Positions 52,801-64,000 of a stretch of DNA of 64,000 nucleotides are shown here, piece by piece (within the stretch, counting starts at the first letter, position 1; every line of letters starts with the position of its first letter). The DNA comes from Corallochytrium limacisporum Hawaii. Lineage: Eukaryota; Protista; Pluriformea. Both the position numbers and the translations under genes were made by a program. The notes under the pieces are model-generated. The model saw only the letters and a program-made list of their open reading frames with translations. It did not search any database and had not been told where the DNA came from. The stretch spans positions 171,061-235,060 of the forward strand of contig PDIP01000039.1 in the NCBI GenBank assembly GCA_002811645.1, read 5' to 3'.

Positions 52801-55800
52801 CCCGAGCAGGGCCGATGCACCAACAACAGCAGATACCAGACTGTTTGGTTCGTTGACAGATTATTTCGAATACATTTACTATCCAAATGTTTAGTATTGT
52901 AACCTACCATGCCAGGTCCATGGGCAGGTGTGATAGGTAATGCAAGGCAGGATGCCAAGATAGGCCGTGTACGGGGTTGGCATGAATTTTTTTGAACCCA
53001 ATTTATTCCAGGAAAAAATATATTTCTCTTGCCGTACGTTTTCTTTGTGACCGCTCCCTCCCCCGTACCTTTAACTTTTGCCCTATTGTTCACGGCTTTG
53101 ACCCTCTTTGGTTATGGATTTCGTTATGGCACCAATGACAGCAAGGAAAAAAAATATCCCCCCACCCAGACCCCATCAACACGAACCTCATGTCTGCCAG
53201 TGTTTCTCTAAGAGACCGATGAAAAAAAGACAGGGACTCCCAAACACCCAGGCCCACGCACTTTGATCTCCCCTCCCACTCCCTTTTTCGTCCGTCTTTT
53301 GCTGCACCATTTGCCTTTATGGCCACAGACTCTGTTGTCGAGGATGGGATGGGACGGTGGTGAAAGGGGCCGCCAGGTAAACAGACAACCGCAAGGGTTA
53401 GGGGGAGGACAAGGAGCGTTGGTGCCTTTGCCCCATTGCTATAGCAGCAGAGAAATTGACACCAACAAGCAGACGGATATATCCAATGGGGGACGGGGAA
53501 GAGCGGAGCGGGGAGCAAGGAGAAACAGAACCCCCCCCCTCCCTCCCCCCACCTTCACCTTCCTCCCTCGTGATGCAGAGCGGAGCAAGGCAGAAGACAG
53601 CATAGAGCGCGCACACACACACAGAGCACACAGCACACACTCAGAGATGGAGAGATGGTCACGTTTTGAGTACGCCTACCTTCTCCTCCTTCTCCTTTTA
53701 ACTTTTTCATCCCGAGCAAGGGGGGAATTTGTTGCAGGGTGGTTAAGTAGTGTCTGTTGCCCTTTTCTCCGCCTACTGTCGCCAATGGCGGGGAGGGCTC
53801 CTCCTCCATTCCGGGAACGTTACGCCTCCTTCAGGGGGCTCGCGTCTCACTCTCTCTTGTCGATCGCTAAACCCAACCCAACCCCCGCCGGCCGGGCGCT
53901 TGTCGCGCGCACTGTCCTCCAGTATCGGCCCGCACCACCCATCGTGCAGCATGGTAACCCACTTCAGAGTGGTAAGGTCACTGGCATTCCCGTACAAACA
54001 CTATAGGAGAGAGCGCACCACTCGGGCCAGGGACGATGGCATTATCCGCTAGATCGGTACACGCAAAAGGACAGCAAGGGACTCACTTGGTGATATGCAC
54101 TGGCAAGCCCCTTCTTCCCTTTATTACTATCTCTTTTTCTTATTTTTCTTGCTTGCTTTCGTTTTCTGCAAGACGTTTGCTTTTCGTGCTCAAACGTATC
54201 TTCTTCCAAGCCCGTTCACTCAAATCTCTCTGGAAATTGTTTGCGCCCATTTCCCTATAATGCCATCCCACAAAAGAAATAAACTGCCTGGCTGTAAGAG
54301 AGTAGCAGGAAAAAGCCACAGATTATTAACGGAGCCAGTCACAGCATCGAAGCAACTATCACGAACCATATTGAACAACAGGATGGACATTGTGTAATAC
54401 ATTCATTATGAGGAATCCAAGCATTCTCGACATCACCACCACCAACCCCCGCACCCATACTGTCGGTCTCAGTACCAACACAAGACCCAGACAATTAGGT
54501 CTCAAACTTATTTTTCTGTCCTATTCGCCCGTTTCGACGTTTGTGTGCTCATATATTTACTACTCGCTCGTGTACTTTGTGGACTGCGACACGCATAAAA
54601 AAATCTCTGCAAACTTCTCCGGGACATAAGGACAGGATGCGGACCAAAAAGGCAGGAGATGTTGGATTCCGTAATGAATGAACTGGGCCGTTTGCGGCAG
54701 GACTCCGTATTTTGGGGGCAAGTCTTAGCATCCCCGACTGTATTCAACGCGAACAGGCTCGTCATAACGCATACGCAGTTCCCCCTGTGCACGTTGGTTC
54801 TCTTTTCGTTTTGCTTTCTTCAGCTCCCCAACCGCCTGCCCCACTCCCTTCCTCGGATGTTTCTTCCGCGAGAGATTTTCACATTTACACCCGGTTCATA
54901 ATGAATGAACGGGAAAACTTTTCGATATTTCCCTTGTGTGTGTGTGGAGGGGGGGGGAGAACTGGAGCCATAGTGCTGCAGAACCGCTGGACGTCCCTAC
55001 GGACACGGAATGATCGGGAGCTGCTAGCGGACAACGAGGGCGCGCTGGTGAAAGTATTGGAAAGAAAGAAAGGCACGGTACCGGGAAATCGGAGTGATGG
55101 GCACTACCACTGACGAATGTTGCCACACTTTACCAATAAAGGTACCATACATTTACTATTGAATCATTTGGGGGGGGGGGGGGGATATAATATCATCACC
55201 ACTTTACACTTACTTGCGTTTNNNNNNNNNNNNNNNNNNNNNNNNNNNNNNNNNNNNNNNNNNNNNNNNTGGGGGGGGGGGGGGTGATATAATATCATCA
55301 CCACTTTACACTTACTTGCGTTTAACATGTACCGCTGATCGGGGGTCACATTTTCTTGCAATTCGGCCCCTAATTTACCGGGATATCCATCCCAACCGAT
55401 TTTGGGGAGGATCCGCGTAGATTAACCTTCGAGCAACACCCACACACACAGACCCATAAAACACGTATGCACGCGAGCATCCACAGACATTGACGTTCCA
55501 TGTACCACCGGCGACGTTTTGCTCCCCGTTACTGGATCGACTAATTGACCTGTCATATTCCACCCGGAAAGCTAGCCAATGGCGGCAGATGGCTACGGAT
55601 GGTGGTTGCCAGTGCAGATTTCCGTCATCAGTCGCATCCTTCCAGCCTCGTTCTTCAGCAACGCGTTCTGTATTTTCCACTTCAACAATATCTTAAGCCT
55701 TCCGTAGCATGCCCAAGATGTTGCTGGCTATAGATGTTCGCCTTGGATATCTGTTCCTTCCAATACACGCCGCGTCCGTCTGACGAGGTTCTGTGAGCTT

Positions 55801-56196
55801 ATGCACAGCGTGGACCGAGAGTTGCCAGGAGCACCAGTGGAAAACGTAAGAACCGAGGGCCAGGCCCCGAAAGCTTTGGTCGGTAAATAGGCCCCCTTCC
55901 CGTCTCTTTTCGCGGAGAGCCTCAAACCCCTGACTGTTAAAGATATACGGACTAGTGACGGTCTGATGGCTATTTCGCCTCCCAACTTTTCGCGGGCTCA
56001 GGGCGAGTTCTGTGTTTGGACTCTGGGAGCCCCCGCGAGGGTTAGACGTAGGACTTTCGCAGTAGTTCATGTGTCCGGTGCCTGGTTCTTGATCCTCAGA
56101 TCATATCCGGAATCAATGCTATTCAAGGACTTATTTCCAAGTAATTTGCAAATAAATGCATGTAGCCAATAGGTTGGGAATGCGAAAGAATTGATC

Positions 56197-57618
56197 ATGG
56201 ATGGAAAAGACAATGCATGGCAGAGTCTGTTGGCTGATGTGGCCCAACAGAGTAGCCCCAGCACCTTGCAGACAGCTGGACGAAAGGTTGCCTTGATTGG
56301 ACCAGCCAGTGAGAGCGCTCTGGAGCACTGGCTCCGCGATGTAGCAGCGGCCGGAAGCAGCACTCAGAGAGGAAGCTCCACTGCACTGGGCGTCAAGCAC
56401 ACAGTGTTCAAGTACAGGACACCGGGCGTCCACAGTAGATCTACGTCTGCAGTTCAGTTTCCAGTGGTTTGCTGGTCAATTTCGCGCAAGAATGACATTG
56501 CTGAGGTCCTAGGCGCAGCTATAAAGGAGGGCGGTGTTGACATTGGTGATCTAAATATCGGCATTTGCCTGGACTACTCGCGACCTTGGTCTCTGGTCAG
56601 CGACCTTAACGACTGCCTTGATAGACTGGGATCGCTTATGCTCGAGCAGGCTACCGCAGAAGGGCAAGTGCGACACATGAAAGATACAGTTTGTAAGGCA
56701 TTCGCTGCCTACCGCGATGCAGCTGCATTTTCTTCTGCATCCGCCAGCGAAACAGCCCCGCGAGCCAAAGACGAAGTCGTCACCAATTCCACTAATTCCG
56801 CTGCGGTGAGCACCGAAGTCATAGAAGCGGTCCGCACAGAATTGAGCAGCTGTCTCGGGCTCCCAGTCATGGTGCTCTGCGTGAATGTCCCTGCCATGGA
56901 CGATGAGGAGGACGATCAGACAACCACTGGTGGTGATGACCAGTCCAACCGGGTGCCAACCAAGCGCCTCAACGACGATCAAACTGATTACGTAGTACGC
57001 ACCTGCCGCAGTCTGTGCTTAAAGTCGGGCCTAGGATTTGGCATGATAACGCGACGAGCTGTACGCGAAGGCCACCTATGGGAGCATTTGTGTGCAATGG
57101 CCGGCTCCGTCCCCGTGAGTCAGGACGAAGAGAGCATCATGGCGATTGCCAGTGATGTCTATAACTCGGTCATTCCGTTTGGATGGGATTCCGAATCAAA
57201 GATCACGCAGCAGTTTGCTGACATGCGCATCAAACCTGCGGAGATGACTTTTGGCGAGGTAGTGAAGATGCCGGCGTCGTTGGCGGATGCGGAGGAGCAA
57301 GGGCACGTCCAAAGCACATACGTGACAATCGGGAGTGAGCAAAGCTTCTTGGAGGGCCTGAGCAAGGTCCTGACCACCACGAAGGCTGCCAAACCCCGGG
57401 ACGAGGTCACCGAACCTGAAGCAGCCGTGGAAGGACCGGGTGCTGCGGCGGCCACAGCGGATAGCCCTGTCAAACCCATGTCCAACAGTTCGGAGAAGGT
57501 ACCGTCGCCGGCGAAACCAGCGGCCTCACCGGCCCAGAGTTCCGGCGCCACCGACGACAAGGCCCTCGAATCCTTCTTCACTGGCCTGCTCAAGCAGAGC
57601 AAAGGTCGTAAGAAGTAG
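56197..57618 (+). CDS. DYNC1LI: Cytoplasmic dynein light intermediate chain (divergent)
   Basis: LDYSRPW, LGLPVMVLC, IPFGWDSESKI, EQSFL and C-terminal LESFFTGLL helix match the DLIC pattern; no intact P-loop. Confidence 0.8.
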   Translation: MDGKDNAWQSLLADVAQQSSPSTLQTAGRKVALIGPASESALEHWLRDVAAAGSSTQRGSSTALGVKHTVFKYRTPGVHSRSTSAVQFPVVCWSISRKNDIAEVLGAAIKEGGVDIGDLNIGICLDYSRPWSLVSDLNDCLDRLGSLMLEQATAEGQVRHMKDTVCKAFAAYRDAAAFSSASASETAPRAKDEVVTNSTNSAAVSTEVIEAVRTELSSCLGLPVMVLCVNVPAMDDEEDDQTTTGGDDQSNRVPTKRLNDDQTDYVVRTCRSLCLKSGLGFGMITRRAVREGHLWEHLCAMAGSVPVSQDEESIMAIASDVYNSVIPFGWDSESKITQQFADMRIKPAEMTFGEVVKMPASLADAEEQGHVQSTYVTIGSEQSFLEGLSKVLTTTKAAKPRDEVTEPEAAVEGPGAAAATADSPVKPMSNSSEKVPSPAKPAASPAQSSGATDDKALESFFTGLLKQSKGRKK

Positions 57619-57824
57619 AGTTTCATGACCTCCTTTGTTCTGTTTGGGATTCAGTAACAAACCAATTCACTCTCTTCACACGTCGGGATGTCCAGAACTG
57701 GGTGACACGAACAAAAAGCGAAGTTATTCCATGTAATCTAAGAAGTAGTTACTACTATTCAGTTGTGGTGTGTGAAATGTGTGATATAGTGTTTTGTTTT
57801 TGTGCAAGACGAGTCTAAACGGTT

Positions 57825-58988
57825 TCAGTTCGTTTCATTTCCACGCCGCTGCACAACGTTGACAATCTCCAGCAGCGCCTCCCGGTCCTCGGACTCGGGC
57901 AAGGGCAGAACAGCCGCTCGTGCCAGGTCACAGTGTTTGGAAATCAGTTCCCGCGTACGATCCACCGCGCTGGTGGTCGCAATAAGGCGCAGCGCTTCCT
58001 CCACATCCCCCTCGCGGCAGAACTTCCGCGCAATCAAGGGCTGCAGGGCGCTGTTCTCTTCTTTGGCGTAGAGCACGGGAGCGGTGGCCAGTCCCAGGCG
58101 CATGTCGGCGGCAGCTGGCTTACCCAGTGCCTCCGTGGTGGCAATAATGTCCAGCAGATCGTCGACGACCTGGAAAGCAATGCCCAGCTGCTCGCCGAAA
58201 GAGAATGACATGCGCTCCAATTGCTCCAGTTCCTTGCTTTCACCCTGCTGCAAGCGTCCCAGGATGACCGCGCTCTGACAGCTGCGCGCCATGAGCGAGG
58301 CTGTCTTGAAGAAGCTCTTCTTCACGTAGTAGTCCAACTGGCTCTTAGCTTCGTCACCGTTGGAGAGCTGCATCACCTCTCCGTGCACTAAGTCCGTGAG
58401 AATTCCGCTCATGACTTCTACGACCCGCGTGCTCCCCAGCGATGCCAAAAGTTGACTAGCCCGTGCAATAATGAAGTCACCGGCCAGGATCGAGGGCTGA
58501 TCTCCGTACTTGACATTCGACGACGGGTTTCCGCGGCGTGTCTCGGCCTCGTCAATGACGTCATCATGTACCAAGCTGGCGGTATGGATCATCTCCGCAA
58601 TGGCCGCCAGCTTAATTTGACGGTCGGTGGGCTGGGCTTGGTGGCTTAGTTCCTCACTGAGCAAATTTGTGGCCCGAGACATGAGTAATACGCACAGTGG
58701 CCGTAGGTTTTTCCCTTTGGCTCCGAAATACCATGACGCTGATTCAGATAGTTGTTCTTCAGCGTTGACTAATTTCGAGAACACTAATCCTGGCAGTTTC
58801 TGCATGTCTTCTTTAACGGTTTTTGTGTAGTCAAATTTCTTTTTTGGAAACTGATCTGTACTAGGTGACGGTACCGTTTGCACAGTGACGCCTCGTTTGC
58901 CAAACTGTGGGATCACATAAGCCCCGTGGCACCTCACGTTGTGGTGACGTTGAACCGTCCGCCCCACAGTGAACACCAGGCGATGCAT
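57825..58988 (-). CDS. PDSS1: Mitochondrial trans-polyprenyl diphosphate synthase (COQ1/PDSS1)
   Basis: GKNLRP, EMIHTASLVHDDVID, RRG, LAGDF, KTASL, GIAFQVVDDLLD, GLATAPVL; presequence-like N-terminus. Confidence 0.93.
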   Translation of the reverse strand: MHRLVFTVGRTVQRHHNVRCHGAYVIPQFGKRGVTVQTVPSPSTDQFPKKKFDYTKTVKEDMQKLPGLVFSKLVNAEEQLSESASWYFGAKGKNLRPLCVLLMSRATNLLSEELSHQAQPTDRQIKLAAIAEMIHTASLVHDDVIDEAETRRGNPSSNVKYGDQPSILAGDFIIARASQLLASLGSTRVVEVMSGILTDLVHGEVMQLSNGDEAKSQLDYYVKKSFFKTASLMARSCQSAVILGRLQQGESKELEQLERMSFSFGEQLGIAFQVVDDLLDIIATTEALGKPAAADMRLGLATAPVLYAKEENSALQPLIARKFCREGDVEEALRLIATTSAVDRTRELISKHCDLARAAVLPLPESEDREALLEIVNVVQRRGNETN

Positions 58989-60435
58989 TGCGTTTGTAAA
59001 TCTACAAACCCTTTCTTCTTTTGTACCAAACTATTTAGGACAAGAGAAGACCATATTTCCTTATTGTCATGTATTCATTACCGTCATGTAGTAAATATGT
59101 ATCCGACCTGTGCCGGTGGAGACAGATATTTAATGGTACTTGTCACTTTGGAACTCTCACACTGTAAACGGTTCACAGTATACCCATTTTTTGCTGCCCG
59201 TACCGCATGATGTCTGCATCCATATCTCAAATACGCTGGTGTCAAATCCAAGATGGCAATCAGTAATGCATGGCACTCGCTCAATACAAACGGAGAAGCT
59301 CTGACTGTGCGCAACACAGTCACTCACTCACTCACTCACCCGCAGCAAGGCCCCCCCCCCCGTGGACCCCAAGCCCAGGTAGCAAGCAAAAAAGCACACG
59401 GCCAAAGTTCGGGGCCTCCGGCCGCACCGAAACACCCCCCCCCCTCCCCTCCCTTCCGGGGTTCTTTCAAGGCTAGGAGTGGTTAACCCGCAAGGCCAAG
59501 TAAACCGACTCGCAAATGGGGGCACACACGGCTGGCTGGCCCCGAAAAAGAAAGAAAAAGAAAAAAAAAGGGAAAGAAGAAAAGGAAGGAAAGAAAGAAA
59601 AAGGAAAATTCCGAACGGTCAGCGTTAAAGTGCGCCTCCCCCGGGCCGTGGAATTCCATACGCTCAGTACTGGGCCCGGTAAACAAAAAAACTGACTCGC
59701 AGTGGCGCTCTGGGGAGGACGAGTGGGCTGGTAATTTTTTTGTTGGGAAAAGGGGGCGGCTTCCAAAGTAACCCAAGACCAAAAGGCCAAACGAAAAAAA
59801 CAAAACTGAAAAAAAAACAAAACTGAGCCAGTGCTGAGATTGGGCCCCAGGTGGCCCCCGGTTTTTGTGCTTGGCCAAGGTGCGTGGTACGTAAAGCGTG
59901 GTTGGGTGCCCAGGTATACGATCGAGGCAGATTTACAGAATTTCCGTATATTTATTATTGACGTATTTTATATTTCAACGCACACACAATTCTACGATTA
60001 TAACGATCCGTATATTTCATTTCCCCAACTGCAGGCCCCTACTCTAATACGCACTCACCCCGTACCGGATACACACTGTTACACACTGAAGCTTGGGAGA
60101 GACAGTGAGAGAGAGCGATGAGAGAAACGGAGGGTGGGGGCAAGGTCGGTTACGTTTGGTAGTGGGGAGGGGGTGTAGCCGGGAATGGAACGGGAGTCTA
60201 TTTTATTACTCTCCCCAACCCGCCACAAGTCGCTCTGTGTCGCGCTCTCTCTCTCTCTGTGGCTCTCTCTCTCTCTCTGTGGCTCTCTCTCTCTCTCTCT
60301 GTGTCGGTGAAAAGGTGGGGTAGGCCCCTTCTCTTTCCCCGCGGGGAGATGCTGCGATCTGCTCTGCGCTTACATTCCCATATATTTAACATGCCCTAGA
60401 GGCCGCCGCGGGAACGGCACAGCGAGAGAAGACTG

Positions 60436-60472
<37 letters not shown>

Positions 60473-62306
60473 TGATCCCAAGCGATGCAATAAATACCAA
60501 CAAATCCGGTGGAAAACTGAAAGGACGGAGAAAGGGTTTTGGGGGGGGGGGCCTCAAGAAAAAGGGGGGGGGAGGGGTGAGGAGTGAAACCTCGGAGCAC
60601 GCCCCCGCACTTTTTAATTGGTTGTTGTTCCCGTACTTTATCTATTGATAATGGGAGTCCATTTTATCCCTCACTGCACTGGGAGTGGCTCTCAAAATAG
60701 CAACGCCCCGTGTGTCCGGAACGCGTGTTTGTCTCCGGGAGTTTAAAGCCAAAAAAAAGGAAAAATCCCACTTTTTATATTTTTGGTGTTCTCGCTCTCT
60801 CTCCTTTTCTTCCTTTTTTTTTTCCTTTCCCAAAACCTCCGCTTCCGCCCCCACTCCCCCCCCCTCTCTCTCTCCTCCGAGTGACACGCAAGACACCGCT
60901 GACGATTTGGATCGCTCTCCCTGCCTCCCGCTCCCCCCCNNNNNNNNNNNNNNNNNNNNNNNNNNNNNNNNNNNNNNNNNNNNNNNNNNNNNNNNNNNNN
61001 NNNNNNNNNNNNNNNNNNNNNNNNNNNNNNNNNNNNNNNNNNNNNNNNNNNNNNNNNNNNNNNNNNNNNNNNNNNNNNNNNNNNNNNNNNNNNNNNNNNN
61101 NNNNNNNNNNNNNNNNNNNNNNNNNNNNNNNNNNNNNNNNNNNNNNNNNNNNNNNNNNNNNNNNNNNNNNNNNNNNNNNNNNNNNNNNNNNNNNNNNNNN
61201 NNNNNNNNNNNNNNNNNNNNNNNNNNNNNNNNNNNNNNNNNNNNNNNNNNNNNNNNNNNNNNNNNNNNNNNNNNNNNNNNNNNNNNNNNNNNNNNNNNNN
61301 NNNNNNNNNNNNNNNNNNNNNNNNNNNNNNNNNNNNNNNNNNNNNNNNNNNNNNNNNNNNNNNNNNNNNNNNNNNNNNNNNNNNNNNNNNNNNNNNNNNN
61401 NNNNNNNNNNNNNNNNNNNNNNNNNNNNNNNNNNNNNNNNNNNNNNNNNNNNNNNNNNNNNNNNNNNNNNNNNNNNNNNNNNNNNNNNNNNNNNNNNNNN
61501 NNNNNNNNNNNNNNNNNNNNNNNNNNNNNNNNNNNNNNNNNNNNNNNNNNNNNNNNNNNNNNNNNNNNNNNNNNNNNNNNNNNNNNNNNNNNNNNNNNNN
61601 NNNNNNNNNNNNNNNNNNNNNNNNNNNNNNNNNNNNNNNNNNNNNNNNNNNNNNNNNNNNNNNNNNNNNNNNNNNNNNNNNNNNNNNNNNNNNGGGGGGA
61701 GGGGGAAGGAGGGCCCAAACCTTTCTTGCTGTGTATTTCGACGGGTCCTTTTGGTTAGGCACACACTCTGGCGCAGCGGTGGGAGAGGAGGAGGGGGGGG
61801 GGAGCGTTGGGAAGCGATAATCTTCTGCTGCGTATTGCGAGCGGACCGATGGTGAGTTGCGCTGCTCGCTTGCGTGCACGGAGACTTCTGTGTGTCTGGG
61901 TGGACGTGGAGAGATTGAGTGGGTTGACTGATGGTAGCAGTGTTTCTTGGGCAGCCGGAATTGGATCTGGGTTTTTGTCGGAGTCTGAGGCTGAAGTTAC
62001 TTGGGAGTGGTCAGCTATATTCGATCAGCACTGTGTGGTACCACTGTAGTCATACATACTCATGAATCTTTGAAAGGCGACATTCTGCGACAGTCCGTTT
62101 GTTCCATTTGCACGTTTCGCTGTACCGCAGCTATCATTAAGGAACAGATATACATCGCCGCGGAAGCCTCGCCACGCTGAAACGATATTTTCACATTTTG
62201 GCTAGCACACTTTCACACGCTAGTCTCGGGACGAGTAGAGCCGTTCGGAAGTCGGTGAAGCAGGGCATAACCTACACAAACACACAAACAGACTACCTAA
62301 GCAAAT

Positions 62307-63686
62307 ATGATTAGACAGCTTGTGCGCGCAGGTACGGTACGAGCCGTGCTCAATGCTTCCACCCGGCGGGCCGCGGTGGGATCCGCGGTTCCCACGGGTA
62401 TGATTCTAGTTCGCCGTCAGTTCCACCAGCGCCGCCAGCGGTCCAGCGTCAGCGACGCGGCCGTGAGTAGCTTCGAGTCCGATTCTGATGAGGGTTCTCG
62501 AGTCTCCCTGTCAAGGGACGGGCGAACTGTCTCCGTCAGTTTCAATGAGGGGTCCCGGCCTTCCCAAGATTACAGCGTCCAATGGCTTCGTCACAACTGT
62601 CAGTGCGACGTGTGCATGCTGCAGAGCTCGGGCCAGCGCAATGTCCTCATTCTCGACTTTCCGGAGAAACTTAGCATTCGTTCGGCGGGACTAGAGCACG
62701 GGGACGGACCGGAGCGGCTCGTCGTTGATTGGGAGGACGGGCACCGCTCCGAATTCACAGGTGCGTGGCTTCGTAGATTTGGCTACGATCACAGCCACCC
62801 AGACTCCGCCGATTCACTCCGCAGCTGGCGTTGGGCACGAAGCATGCGGCGTCTGTGGAAGGGGGAGGACCAGCCGGACTTCGCCCGTGTTGATCACGAC
62901 GCGTTCATGGGCGATGATCACACCCTATTGCAGGCCTTGAAGCGCCTTGCTCGGGACGGCATTGTGTACATTACCAATACTCCGGCAGAGTACGAGAGCG
63001 TGAGTCGCATGGGAGAGCGGGTCGGGGCACTGCGGACTACCTTCTATGGCACGACCTGGGACGTGGTCAGCAAGCCCCAGGCGGAGAACGTCGCGTACAC
63101 TGCACAGTACCTCGGACCACACATGGATCTCATGTACTTTGAGTCACCTCCTGGTGTTCAGTACCTGCATGCGCTTAAGTACAAGGTGAAGGGGGGAGCC
63201 AACATTTTTGTGGATGCGTTTAAGCTGACCAAGGATCTGAAAGAACAGGATCCGGAGGCGTTTCACATGCTTGCCACCTACCCAATGACCTTCCACTACA
63301 ACCACGACGGCCACCGTCGGCGATACGAGCGTCCGATCTTCCACATGGGCAATACTAATCGTTTCGATGACGGCTTGCCCTCCAAAATTTACTACGCACC
63401 CCCATTCGAGGGCCCGTTGCGTCTCCCGGCGTCGATCATGGACGACTACTATGCTGCGTACCGTCAATTTGTGGCTATGGTGGAGGATCCCGCGTACCAC
63501 TACGAGCATCTGCTAGGTGAGGGTGAGACAGTCATCTTTGATAATCGTCGGGTCATGCACGCGCGGCGAGACTTTGACGCTGCCGAGGGACATCGGCACC
63601 TGCGCGGTACATACGTCGACTATGATGACTTTTACAACCGTCTTCAGTGGTTAACCGACAAGTTCGAGGACGGGCAGCAACTGTAA
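62307..63686 (+). CDS. Gamma-butyrobetaine dioxygenase / TauD-family Fe(II)-2OG dioxygenase, probably mitochondrial
   Basis: WLRHNCQCDVC Zn module, WEDGHRSEF, NVAYT..LGPHMDLMYFESPPG (HxD), FDNRRVMHAR, RHLRGTY; Arg-rich presequence. Confidence 0.92.
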   Translation: MIRQLVRAGTVRAVLNASTRRAAVGSAVPTGMILVRRQFHQRRQRSSVSDAAVSSFESDSDEGSRVSLSRDGRTVSVSFNEGSRPSQDYSVQWLRHNCQCDVCMLQSSGQRNVLILDFPEKLSIRSAGLEHGDGPERLVVDWEDGHRSEFTGAWLRRFGYDHSHPDSADSLRSWRWARSMRRLWKGEDQPDFARVDHDAFMGDDHTLLQALKRLARDGIVYITNTPAEYESVSRMGERVGALRTTFYGTTWDVVSKPQAENVAYTAQYLGPHMDLMYFESPPGVQYLHALKYKVKGGANIFVDAFKLTKDLKEQDPEAFHMLATYPMTFHYNHDGHRRRYERPIFHMGNTNRFDDGLPSKIYYAPPFEGPLRLPASIMDDYYAAYRQFVAMVEDPAYHYEHLLGEGETVIFDNRRVMHARRDFDAAEGHRHLRGTYVDYDDFYNRLQWLTDKFEDGQQL

Positions 63687-64000
63687 CATGTTAGATGCAA
63701 GTTTCTTCCATCGTCGACATCACGAACACCCTACTACATCAAACTTGTTCTGTAATTAGTAGTTACAAACAATGTCAACAGCATATCAACCCATTCCTCC
63801 ATCGTTAATGAATTACCAAATAAAAATCTGTTCATTTCTGAAGCCGCGTGGATGACCACGCCTAGACTAGGCTCGGTTCATGTTGAGTGCGGATGATCCT
63901 ATTCATCGCTTTGATCACAAAAACATTTCTAATATGGTCCCATGGTATCATGTACTAAATCCTCTACGTCTCTGACACGGCCAAAACTTGGTCGGTCGCG

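Noticed and set aside
55170-55323. Direct duplication of G-run + gatataatatcatcaccactttacacttacttgcgttt on both sides of an N gap
   Set aside because: Typical unmerged contig overlap at a homopolymer, not a biological repeat or target-site duplication.

Overview
Gene-dense, essentially intron-free eukaryotic nuclear DNA with about 23 protein-coding genes. A receptor tyrosine kinase, KAT14, UFC1, SMUG1 and a myosin-head chitin synthase together point to an intron-poor unicellular holozoan (Corallochytrium-like; inference). Housekeeping genes are ZIP7, RRP41, RRP43, V-ATPase H, PFK, rhodanese, TFIP11-like, DBP4, ALAD, dynein light intermediate chain, PDSS1 and BBOX-like. A >957-aa polytopic membrane ORF missed by the ORF track runs off the left edge. 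No tRNA, rRNA, CRISPR array or intact mobile element was found. Best finding: a YbjQ/UPF0145 gene ends 7 nt upstream of a FEX fluoride exporter on the same strand. The ~610 nt between the two start codons contains no ATG in any frame, and a Met-Gln-stop uORF sits 4 nt before ORF1, which fits a bicistronic mRNA read by leaky scanning or reinitiation. Other findings: a recurrent intergenic 13-bp dyad motif (RTAC-N5-STAY), a kinase gene split by a possible 32-nt intron or 2-nt insertion, and several bacterial-type genes.
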